DNA of 64,000 nt. Origin: Clostridia bacterium (lineage in GTDB: Bacteria > Bacillota > Clostridia > Oscillospirales > Acutalibacteraceae). The position numbers were made by a program, and so were the translations under genes. The stretch is taken from positions 3,404 to 67,403 of the forward strand of contig JAKSQS010000001.1 in NCBI GenBank assembly GCA_024404055.1, given 5' to 3'. This document shows positions 19,380 to 27,783 of the stretch, piece after piece; the first letter of the stretch is position 1, and each line of letters begins with the position of its first letter. Below the pieces are notes generated by a model. It searched no databases and was not told where the DNA came from. It was given only the letters and a program-made list of their open reading frames with translations.

Positions 19380-21467
19380 TTATTTTATAATGCCGAAATG
19401 TCTGCCCAGCCAGTACATCATCATATAATCCGCACCCTTTTCACAGGAGGTACTGTTTCCGCCGTCCAGATTGAAAACGCCGTAGCCGCACCGCGCAAAC
19501 GGTCTTTCATCCCATGCAAGCGGCTTTGTAATGCGTATGCTTTCGCCCCATTTCAGCGGAGTTTCGTCAAACTCTATTTCTCTGCGGCGGCTGTTTATCA
19601 TCTTCAAGTCAACAAAATCAAGCGGATAATCACGCAGAACCTTAACCACCGTATCCACATCACAGGGCTTGCCCGTAAACGCACTGTAAATAAAGCCGTA
19701 AAGCGGATTGATTTCTATTTTTTCATATTCGTAGTGAGAAGCAAGACCCATGAGCAGATAATTTTTCACCGCCGGGTCATCCTCAAGGCGGAGAATCGTC
19801 ACGCTGTTGAGCATACCCAAAAGGTCATCAATATGGCACGAATGGGCATCGTCACGCTTGTGATAAGCCGCGTTGATAAGAAAATGGTGCTCTTTAATAA
19901 GCTCTCTGTATCTGTTCTGATACTTTTCGTCACCCGTCATATGATAGGCAACCTTTAAAAATCCGAGCATTTGCAGGGAATTAACACCCTTTTCCCACAT
20001 CCACATACTGTCGTGGTTGAGTGCGTCGGGATTCCAGCACGCCCATGTTGTCGGAGTACCGTCAAAGTCCACAAGATAACCGTTGTTGTCAAGTATATGG
20101 TCAACTATGTCCTTGACAGCCTCACGGATTTCAGCCTTTTCCGCTTCATCCGCCACAAGGTCATAATAAACGGACATACCGTAAAAATGCCCCGTCATTT
20201 CATCGCTGGAGGTTTCACCGAGCCATTCGTAGGTTCCGTCAGAGCTGCGGTGCCATTCAGCCCACATTTCCTGCTGTTCAAGTCCCTTTCCCCAGTCCTC
20301 TTCATCGGGGAAGCGCACCGCTCTTGCGGTAAAGCCCTTGATTTCCGGTGCTTTCATCAAAAACAGCATTGCCCTCATGCTTCTCCTTGCCGCTTCAAGT
20401 GCACGGCTGTCACCTGTTTCCTTATACCAGAAGCACAGAGCGGAAAGGTATATCTGCGTCCACAGTCCGTCGTTATCCGTTATATTGGAAACGCTGCCTT
20501 CTTCATTGGTTTCGTTTTTTATGCCGGAAATACCCGTCACATAGCCGAGCTTTCTGACCATGTATTTTTCGGTCATGTTGAAGAAATATTCGCTCTTTTC
20601 TTCAAGCGTCATTTCCTTTTCGGTTGTTACGACAATGCCGCCCTCACTGCCCGTATAAAGCGCGCCGTCCTTTTCTGCCGTGGCATAAACATCAGGCGAA
20701 CACGCGTAACGGGTGGCAGGCAGATACTTTTTCTCTCCGTCCTTTATCAGCACCGCGCCCGCGTCAATACCGGCAAGGATGCTGCCGTCGGCGCAGACGG
20801 TGACGGAATAAACGCTTTCGTCTATAAGCGCGCTTATCTGCTTTCTTGAATACCAGCCGCTTTTATAGTCATAAATGAAAAGTCCCTCCTTTGCTCCGAC
20901 CCAAAGGTAGCCCACCTTGTCAAACGCAATGGCGGTAACGCATATGTCGGGCATATCGGAATGCTCGGGGAAAATGTTTCTCCATGTTCTGCGCTTGCCC
21001 TCCATGCGCTGTATGCAGCGGTTGTTGGCGGCGCAGAGCTTTCCGTCGCCTGCCGCAAGGAAGCAGGCATATTGCTCCGTATACTGGAAAACCTCAAAGC
21101 TGCCGTTTTGTTCAATATAAAGACAGCTTTCAGTCAGCACATAAACCGTTGTGTCACAGACTATCGCCTTAATGTCGGATGAAAACTCACAAATCTTTTC
21201 CGCTCCGTTTTCCGTGACAATGTAAAGCTCTTTTCCGCAGGAGGCGAAAACTCTGCCGTTTCCGTCCGCAAATACTCTGTCAAAAATCCTGTCGGCGCAA
21301 AGTGCGCTCACTTTTTTGTTTTCGCAGCGGAAAAGTCCCTTGTCCGTGCAGGCATAAATAACGCCGTTTTCCGCAGCGGCAAGGCTTTTCACCGTTGCGT
21401 CAATGCGTATTTTTTCGCATACTCTCTGATTGTATTTTCCTGTTATAAGAGTATCGGTGTATTTCAT
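19380..21467 (-). CDS. hypothetical 695-aa protein: N-terminal beta-propeller-like repeats, C-terminal helical (possibly alpha/alpha-toroid) region
   Basis: Long ORF in an operon context, with GGAAGG 7 nt before the ATG. No signal peptide. The N-terminal half has repeated short G-rich blocks (GVIYACTDKGLF, GRVFASCGKELY, GYLWVGAKEGLFIY). The C-terminal half is rich in W/Y helices. No family recognised with certainty. Confidence 0.6.
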   Translation of the reverse strand: MKYTDTLITGKYNQRVCEKIRIDATVKSLAAAENGVIYACTDKGLFRCENKKVSALCADRIFDRVFADGNGRVFASCGKELYIVTENGAEKICEFSSDIKAIVCDTTVYVLTESCLYIEQNGSFEVFQYTEQYACFLAAGDGKLCAANNRCIQRMEGKRRTWRNIFPEHSDMPDICVTAIAFDKVGYLWVGAKEGLFIYDYKSGWYSRKQISALIDESVYSVTVCADGSILAGIDAGAVLIKDGEKKYLPATRYACSPDVYATAEKDGALYTGSEGGIVVTTEKEMTLEEKSEYFFNMTEKYMVRKLGYVTGISGIKNETNEEGSVSNITDNDGLWTQIYLSALCFWYKETGDSRALEAARRSMRAMLFLMKAPEIKGFTARAVRFPDEEDWGKGLEQQEMWAEWHRSSDGTYEWLGETSSDEMTGHFYGMSVYYDLVADEAEKAEIREAVKDIVDHILDNNGYLVDFDGTPTTWACWNPDALNHDSMWMWEKGVNSLQMLGFLKVAYHMTGDEKYQNRYRELIKEHHFLINAAYHKRDDAHSCHIDDLLGMLNSVTILRLEDDPAVKNYLLMGLASHYEYEKIEINPLYGFIYSAFTGKPCDVDTVVKVLRDYPLDFVDLKMINSRRREIEFDETPLKWGESIRITKPLAWDERPFARCGYGVFNLDGGNSTSCEKGADYMMMYWLGRHFGIIK

Positions 21468-21484
21468 CGGCTTACCTTCCTTTT

Positions 21485-22564
21485 TTATTTTTTAATATTA
21501 AATGTATATCTGACATCATAATTTCTGTCAGCACAAATCGTCAGTGACGGATTTTCAAGGTTATAAATCGAAGACCATTGGGTTGAATAAACTCTGCCCT
21601 TTTCGTCCGGTTCGGTACCCTCGATATTGACATAATGCAGAAGCTCCATACCCTCTTTAACCGAAAGCACGCCCTTTTTCTCCGTCAGCCTTTCTACAAG
21701 CTTGTCATATCTGTCCATACCCTGCTTTTCATATTTAAAGGGTACCTTATGCAGATAGAAATTCGTTGCACACTGCCAGTCGCCTTTCTTTTCCGTGACA
21801 ACCATTTCATCGTTTACATATGAAACAACCGCGCTGTTGCCCTCTGCGTCCGCTATCTGGAAATGGTAGCAGCCCTTTGCGGAGGCGTGCATATCAAAGG
21901 TGCCGAGAATCTCAATTGCTTCTTTAACAGTTGCCGCCTTGTCAAGCATAATACGGATGGCAAGAGTGGTGTCAACATCGGTTTTGTCGGTTTTCTGGTC
22001 TGTCGCCGGTGCCTGAAGCTGTAAAACGCCGACCGCCAGTCCCTTTTCGTTTACGCCGTCAAGCGGGAAATATGGCAGCGCAAGCAGGTTGATTCTGTTT
22101 GTGAGCTTTGTCGGCTTCATTTCGTCATTATATCCGAGAAAGCTTAAATTAACAACCGATACGGAGGCATAAGCACCCTTTGGCGCAGTTTTCACAACCG
22201 CAAAATCCGTTTGCTGATTATCAAGATTTCTGCCGAATATATAGCCGCTTTCCGGCTGCTTTGCAATGAAGGTGCTGCACGCAAGCTCCGGCACTTCATA
22301 AGGTACATCAATGGGAAGACCCTTGAGCATTGCTTTGATAATGTACTGTGCAAGCTCGTCCTCGGTGGTTGCGCCGCCGGATTTAAGCAATTCGTCAAGC
22401 TTGTAGTCCGCCGTGTAGTTCACTTCATAAAGACCGATCTCTTCATTTGATTTCACCGTGAGTAAGGTTGCGCCCTCGTGAATAAACATTCCGATGCCCA
22501 CAGCCGCAATAACAATAATGATTGATAATATTGCGCTTAAAATTCTTTTTACAACCTTTTTCAT
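21485..22564 (-). CDS. Ntn-hydrolase, choloylglycine hydrolase / linear amide C-N hydrolase family, membrane-anchored precursor
   Basis: N-terminal TM anchor. Candidate nucleophile Cys in ELACSTFIA, followed by GRNLD and DGVNEKGLAVG blocks typical of BSH/PVA-type enzymes. Confidence 0.65.
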   Translation of the reverse strand: MKKVVKRILSAILSIIIVIAAVGIGMFIHEGATLLTVKSNEEIGLYEVNYTADYKLDELLKSGGATTEDELAQYIIKAMLKGLPIDVPYEVPELACSTFIAKQPESGYIFGRNLDNQQTDFAVVKTAPKGAYASVSVVNLSFLGYNDEMKPTKLTNRINLLALPYFPLDGVNEKGLAVGVLQLQAPATDQKTDKTDVDTTLAIRIMLDKAATVKEAIEILGTFDMHASAKGCYHFQIADAEGNSAVVSYVNDEMVVTEKKGDWQCATNFYLHKVPFKYEKQGMDRYDKLVERLTEKKGVLSVKEGMELLHYVNIEGTEPDEKGRVYSTQWSSIYNLENPSLTICADRNYDVRYTFNIKK

Positions 22565-22644
22565 TTTCCGTTCCTCCGAAAAAATAATATCAATTCGGCG
22601 GCTTTCACGGCAAAGTGCGCATGAAAGCCCCCGATATTTTTTCT

Positions 22645-23952
22645 TTATTTGCTCTGATTGAATTTATCTATCTTGTCAATAACGCCGAGAATAACCTCAA
22701 AGCCCTTGCCGACGGTTTCGGGTGTAAAGCGGTCCGCCGTGTCACGGAAGGTATGGTAATAATAGGTCAGAACCGGGTTCTGCGCAGCAAAGGTAACTGA
22801 TTTAACGCCTGCCTTTGTGAACGGTGTGCTGTCACAGCCGCCGACCGGGTTATGTATGCAGCCGCCGGTTTTGCTTTCAATACCGAGCTCCTTAAAGGTA
22901 TCCTTGAACATCTGCTCAAGGTCCTTGTCAAATCTTGTGAACTGCCAGTCGTCCTTGATAACAACCTCAAAATAATCCTCATCGGCAACGGAGTCAATGT
23001 TGATGTTCCATACATTGTTGAGAATTTCCTCGCCCTTGTGCTCACGGGTGAAGGCTATTGAGCCGCGAAGTCCGGCTTCCTCACTGCCGCAGTTAAAGTC
23101 GATTATACGGCAGTTTGCGGGCATCTTGTCCGGGTTGTCGCGGAAATATTTTGTCACGGCATAGCTTAAAGCGCAGCCTGTCGCGTTATCCATAGCTCCG
23201 GGAGACGCATTTTTTTCGTCCGGGTCACACCACATAATCAGATACGCGCAGCCGATAGCGGTGATGATGGGAAGGAAAAGAAGAGCAAATCTGAAAATGT
23301 TGAAAAACTGACTGTTTATTACCGCATCGTTCCATGAGAAAAGTCCGCTGTATGTCAGTGCCATAAATACCGAAATTGCCGTCAGCAGGAAAAAGCAAAC
23401 CGCGCCGAAGCCGACCTTGAGATAAACAAAAATAATGCCGGGGAGAATGTTGCCGTTTCTGTGCTTATAGGTTTTTTCGGAATGTCTCCAGTTCCATGAG
23501 GTGTCTGTATGACCGGAAAGAATTATCGTATAATCATACTTTCCGCCGGGAGGCAGAAGCTCGCCGTAGGTGTTCTGTGAAACCTTGCTTTTGAAAAAGC
23601 CGTCAAACCATGTTTTATAAAAGAAAACGGAGCAGATGAGCCATACCCATGTGGCAACGCTTGCAAGTGCCATGCCGTACCATATTGCGCTTATACCCAT
23701 GGCGGCATAAACGAGAACGCTTAAAACAACGCCGACCCAGCCGGCATACGGAATGCCGCCTATTGAAGCTCTCGGAGATACCGAAAACGGCTCTCTCTTA
23801 GCCTTGATGCCTATGCTTTCGAGCTTATCGCCCATGTACTTTGCAAATTTTCTTTCGTTCTCTCCGCCCGGAAGACGGGGAACGATTACCTTTGAAGCGT
23901 GTTCGACTATGCCGTACGCTTCATCAACATAGCTTTTGTATTCTTCTTTCAT
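22645..23952 (-). CDS. M28 family metallopeptidase with inserted transmembrane segments
   Basis: M28 ligand motifs in order: SGHTDTSW, GAMDNATGCA, GSEEAGLRGS, NIDSV, YYYHTFRD. Hydrophobic helices lie between the N-terminal lobe and HxD, and between HxD and the bridging Asp. Confidence 0.75.
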   Translation of the reverse strand: MKEEYKSYVDEAYGIVEHASKVIVPRLPGGENERKFAKYMGDKLESIGIKAKREPFSVSPRASIGGIPYAGWVGVVLSVLVYAAMGISAIWYGMALASVATWVWLICSVFFYKTWFDGFFKSKVSQNTYGELLPPGGKYDYTIILSGHTDTSWNWRHSEKTYKHRNGNILPGIIFVYLKVGFGAVCFFLLTAISVFMALTYSGLFSWNDAVINSQFFNIFRFALLFLPIITAIGCAYLIMWCDPDEKNASPGAMDNATGCALSYAVTKYFRDNPDKMPANCRIIDFNCGSEEAGLRGSIAFTREHKGEEILNNVWNINIDSVADEDYFEVVIKDDWQFTRFDKDLEQMFKDTFKELGIESKTGGCIHNPVGGCDSTPFTKAGVKSVTFAAQNPVLTYYYHTFRDTADRFTPETVGKGFEVILGVIDKIDKFNQSK

Positions 23953-24073
23953 TTTTTCCGGCGAAAACGCCGATTCCTCCCTTTCGGTTTTAATTTATAT
24001 AATTCTACATCAGATTTATTGCTTAAATCAACTTAATATTAAGAAATTAACAGTTTGTTTAAAAACAAATTTG

Positions 24074-24102
24074 TTGACGGAAATGCGACACAGTGGTATA
24101 CT
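24074..24102 (+). promoter_or_regulatory. promoter: TTGACG, 17 nt spacer, TATACT (TGg extended -10)
   Basis: gTTGACGgaaatgcgacacagtggTATACTttg, about 32 nt upstream of the 24134 ATG. Confidence 0.6.
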
Positions 24103-24133
24103 TTGACAAAAAGGTAAAAAAGAGGCTGATATT

Positions 24134-25663
24134 ATGAAAAAACTTATCGCGATTGTATTGTGCATATTGACAGCCGTATCATGTACGGCGTTTTCCTTCG
24201 CGGCAGAGGAAGAATGCACCTGCACTCATACGCCTGTTGTCACCGTTCGCGGCTTCGGCTCGCTTATGGAGGTTGAAAACGGCAGCGGAGAATATACGGG
24301 TATGTTCTCATACGACAAGGACGAGGCTCTTGCCTTTGCGAAAGAAGAAGTAAAAAAGCTTGTTGACATTGCGCTGAAAAAGGATACCGGCACATTTGTT
24401 TCCGAGTTTTATAACACTCTCGATTTCTTCCTTGGGGCTCTGCGGTGCGACCTGAACGGGAACAGCGTGAAGACCGTTCGCGCTCTCGGGTGTGACGAGC
24501 TGAAAAAGGATAAACACAAGGGCGATGATTTGCCGTCGGTCAGCCGCGGAATTGAAGGCGATGACTATGTTTTTGAATATGATTTCAGGCTTGACCCTCT
24601 TGAAAACGCGGATTTGCTTTATGAATTTATAGAGGGCGTCAAGGCTCTTACAAGGCACGGCAAGGTAACTGTTGTGGCTCACAGTGAGGGTACCTGTGTA
24701 ACGGGTGCTTATCTTGTGAAATACGGCACAAAAAGCGTGAATAAGGTTATTTTTGTCGGCGCGGCAGTGAACGGTATTTCCCTTATCGGCAACGCTTTTA
24801 CAAAAAACATTTCACTTGACGGCAGGGCGGACGCGCTTGAGCAGTTTGCCGCAACCGCTTTGGGCTTTGACGGCGTGAACGAATTTATTAACCTGCTGAT
24901 TTCCGCGCTGAACAAGGCTCACATCCTCGGCGTTGTGACAGACGCGCTGGATATTCTGCTTGACAGCACCATTGACGGGCTTTACAGGGATTACCTTGTG
25001 GATATGTTTGCGACCATGCCCGGACTCTGGTCGTTTGTGCCGGATGAATATTATGAAAACGCAAAAGCCGTGATGTTCGGCACAGATGAAAAATATGACG
25101 CGCTGTGCGAAAAGCTGGATAACTACCATTATACCGTTCAGAACAAAATAAACAGCGTGTTTGAAAAGGCAAAGGAGGACGGCACGGCGGTCGCATTCTG
25201 CGGCGGCTACGGCATAAGCTCCATACCCGTGGCAGGTGAAGCACCGGTAAACAGTGATTTTCTTATTGACACAAAATACACATCCTTCGGTGCGACAACG
25301 GCTCTTTTCGGTGAAAAGCTTGAAAATACCGGCGGTGAATACGCTTCACCCGACGGAATTATTGATGCGTCTACCTGCCTTTTCCCGGAATATACATGGT
25401 TTGCCAAATATCAGAGCCATAACAATTTTTGCGAACCGTTCAGACAGTTCATCAAATGGCTTATTGACTTTGACGGTCAGCCCACTGTCAATTCGGATGC
25501 AGCATATCCGCAGTTTTTAACCTGTGACGGACACAAAAAGCTTGTTGCCGTCAATGCGGATGACGATATTCTCAATCAGGGAAGCTTTGCAGAAAGATTT
25601 GTTCGTGCTGTAATGAAGCTTGTTGAATTTGCGATTTCAAAAATAATGACACTGTTTGCATAA
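24134..25663 (+). CDS. secreted lipase/esterase-like alpha/beta hydrolase
   Basis: Signal peptide MKKLIAIVLCILTAVSCTAFSFA. Nucleophile elbow VVAHSEGT, preceded by a VTVRGFGS block. 509 aa. Confidence 0.55.
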   Translation: MKKLIAIVLCILTAVSCTAFSFAAEEECTCTHTPVVTVRGFGSLMEVENGSGEYTGMFSYDKDEALAFAKEEVKKLVDIALKKDTGTFVSEFYNTLDFFLGALRCDLNGNSVKTVRALGCDELKKDKHKGDDLPSVSRGIEGDDYVFEYDFRLDPLENADLLYEFIEGVKALTRHGKVTVVAHSEGTCVTGAYLVKYGTKSVNKVIFVGAAVNGISLIGNAFTKNISLDGRADALEQFAATALGFDGVNEFINLLISALNKAHILGVVTDALDILLDSTIDGLYRDYLVDMFATMPGLWSFVPDEYYENAKAVMFGTDEKYDALCEKLDNYHYTVQNKINSVFEKAKEDGTAVAFCGGYGISSIPVAGEAPVNSDFLIDTKYTSFGATTALFGEKLENTGGEYASPDGIIDASTCLFPEYTWFAKYQSHNNFCEPFRQFIKWLIDFDGQPTVNSDAAYPQFLTCDGHKKLVAVNADDDILNQGSFAERFVRAVMKLVEFAISKIMTLFA

Positions 25664-25714
25664 AGCAGAGGGTTTATTTTTTCGCAGAAGTAAAAAATAA
25701 TAAATTGAATCGGT

Positions 25715-25752
25715 GCGTTGGGACTGTCGCATCAGACAGTCCCTTATGCATC
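25715..25752. repeat. GC-rich perfect hairpin with a TCGGTGCGTTG flank (REP-like)
   Basis: TCGGTGCGTTG followed by GGGACTGTC gcatca GACAGTCCC (9-bp perfect stem, 25729-25752). The same 11-mer flank recurs at 60992-61002. Confidence 0.4.
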
Positions 25753-25949
25753 GGTTTTTATTTGTCTTACCTGTGGCAGCGTGACACTGATATAAACCGA
25801 AAAGCACGCCGCAGCAAACTTGTTGTTTTAGCTTTGAAATTAAATCTTGTTTTGTTAATTTTTTTTAATAAATCGTTTCCGAATAACAATTTTTATGTAA
25901 ATTTGCACAAAATAATTCCATTTTAGAATATTTTATAGCAAATTCGTTA

Positions 25950-25978
25950 TTGAATTTTCTTTTCTGCGGATGTATAAT
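25950..25978 (+). promoter_or_regulatory. atp operon promoter: TTGAAT, 17 nt spacer, TATAAT
   Basis: aTTGAATtttcttttctgcggatgTATAATaca, about 35 nt upstream of atpB. Confidence 0.6.
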
Positions 25979-26013
25979 ACATCATCTTAATACTTCATTC
26001 TAAAAGAAAGGAG

Positions 26014-26856
26014 ATGCGACAGTTGAGCAAAAAGCAAAAAATACGCAGCGGCGTGCTTTTTATTCTTATAGTGGCTGCGCTTCTTGCCGGTATTTTTCTT
26101 ACCGGTAGCAAGCACGGTGAGAGTGAATCCATACGGGAAGTTATGCAGGACGCTGTGCTTCACGAAAGCGCGAAAATAAATCTTTTCGGGCTGAAAGAGG
26201 TAAACCCGGCAGTCATAAGCGCGTTTGCGGTTACGGGAATATTTCTTGTTTTCGCCCTTGTTGTCAGAATTTTTGTTATACCGAAATTCAAAGAAATTCC
26301 GGGAAAATTTCAGCTTTTGCTTGAGCAGGGCGTGGGACTTTTTGATTCTCTTGCAAAATCCAACAGTCCGCACAGAAATAAATTTCTCGGCGGCTATGTT
26401 TTCACGGCAGGTGCATATATTTTTGTCGGAACCCTGTTTGAGCTTTTCGGTGTTCAGGCGGTAACAACCTCGGGCGCATCCGTTTCTCTCCCCGCTCCGC
26501 TTGCGGATATCAACGGCGCGATAGGTATGGGCGTTTTCTCCTACCTGATAATCATGTCGGGCGCGGTGAGCGAGCACGGAATAAAAGGCATCGGAAAAGC
26601 ACTGAAGGACTTTTCGCTTCCCATTTCAATGAGCTTCCGTCTGTTCGGCGCACTGCTAAGCGGTGCTCTTGTGACGGAGCTTGTGTATCACTATTTATCG
26701 CTGTCGTTCGTTCTTCCGATTTTTGTCGGAGTAATGTTCACTCTGCTTCACGCACTGATACAGGCATATGTTCTGACGATGCTGACAGCACTGTTCTACG
26801 GTGAAATGAGCGAGCCTGCGGTCAAAAAAACTAAAAAATTAAAAAAGAAAGCTTAA
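26014..26856 (+). CDS. atpB: F-type ATP synthase Fo subunit a
   Basis: Polytopic protein with the essential Arg block ISMSFRLFGALLSG. First gene of the operon. The ATG at 26014 sits only 1 nt after AAAGGAG, so the TTG at 26023 (10-nt spacing) may be the real start. Confidence 0.88.
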   Translation: MRQLSKKQKIRSGVLFILIVAALLAGIFLTGSKHGESESIREVMQDAVLHESAKINLFGLKEVNPAVISAFAVTGIFLVFALVVRIFVIPKFKEIPGKFQLLLEQGVGLFDSLAKSNSPHRNKFLGGYVFTAGAYIFVGTLFELFGVQAVTTSGASVSLPAPLADINGAIGMGVFSYLIIMSGAVSEHGIKGIGKALKDFSLPISMSFRLFGALLSGALVTELVYHYLSLSFVLPIFVGVMFTLLHALIQAYVLTMLTALFYGEMSEPAVKKTKKLKKKA

Positions 26857-26874
26857 TTTACGGAGGAAATCAAA

Positions 26875-27279
26875 ATGAAAAAAACATTATCAGCAGTTAT
26901 ATCGGTTGTTATCCTTGTTCTTACGGTAAGTCTTGCAGTTATACCGGCACTCGCTGCAAACGAAGCACCGGTTGATGTTGCCGCTCCCGTTGCCGCAGCG
27001 TCAGACGAATTGTCCGAAACGGGAAAGGTTGAGGAATTTAAAGCGGAAGATGAATTAAAGAGCACAAAAGCCATCGCGGCTGCAATCATCATCGCGGTGG
27101 TTGCAACTGCCGGTGCCATCGGTATGGCAATTGCAATAGTTAAATCCGTCGGCGGCATATCCCGTCAGCCTGAGGCAGCAGGCAACATCCGTACCACGCT
27201 TATGCTCGGTCTTGTGTTTATCGAAACCTGTATAATTTACGCGCTTATCGTCGCTATACTTGTAATCTTTGTTCTTTAA
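26875..27279 (+). CDS. atpE: F-type ATP synthase Fo subunit c with a ~65-aa N-terminal extension
   Basis: The C-terminal 70 aa form a canonical c hairpin: ATAGAIGMAIA .. SRQPE .. LVFIETCIIYALIVA. The ATG at 26875 follows ACGGAGGAA. The ORF is 134 aa, against roughly 70-90 for a typical c subunit. Confidence 0.88.
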   Translation: MKKTLSAVISVVILVLTVSLAVIPALAANEAPVDVAAPVAAASDELSETGKVEEFKAEDELKSTKAIAAAIIIAVVATAGAIGMAIAIVKSVGGISRQPEAAGNIRTTLMLGLVFIETCIIYALIVAILVIFVL

Positions 27280-27297
27280 TTAAAGGAGGCGTGAAAA

Positions 27298-27783
27298 ATG
27301 CCCTTGAATATTGACTGGCAGCAGATACTTCTGCATCTGTTCAATGTTGCTCTGCTTTTTGCCATCCTTTATTTTCTGCTTTACAAGCCCGTGCATAAAT
27401 TCATGGACGAAAGAGCCGAAAAATATGAAAAAATGAAGAATGACACGGAAAACAGACTTGCCGAGGCTGAAAAAACAAAAGCCGAATATGAAAAACAGCT
27501 TGCCCGTGCAAACGCCGAAATAGACGAGCTGAAAGCGAAGGCAAGAAGCGACATGGCAAAGGCGGCAGATGCAAGCCGTCTGAATGCCGAAAACGAAGCG
27601 AAAAATATTATCAGTGCGGCGCGAACGGGTGCCGAAAGTGAAAAGAAGAAAATTATCGACGAGGCTCGCGGCGAAATCGGCGATATAATTGCGTCTGCGG
27701 CTCAGAAGCTTGTGAGTGAAAGCACAGCCGCGGCATATGACGAATTTTTGACGGCGGCGGAGGGAAGTGACACCGATGAGTGA
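27298..27783 (+). CDS. atpF: F-type ATP synthase Fo subunit b
   Basis: 161 aa with a single N-terminal TM helix and then a long charged A/E/K-rich helix. RBS AAAGGAGG. Confidence 0.88.
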   Translation: MPLNIDWQQILLHLFNVALLFAILYFLLYKPVHKFMDERAEKYEKMKNDTENRLAEAEKTKAEYEKQLARANAEIDELKAKARSDMAKAADASRLNAENEAKNIISAARTGAESEKKKIIDEARGEIGDIIASAAQKLVSESTAAAYDEFLTAAEGSDTDE

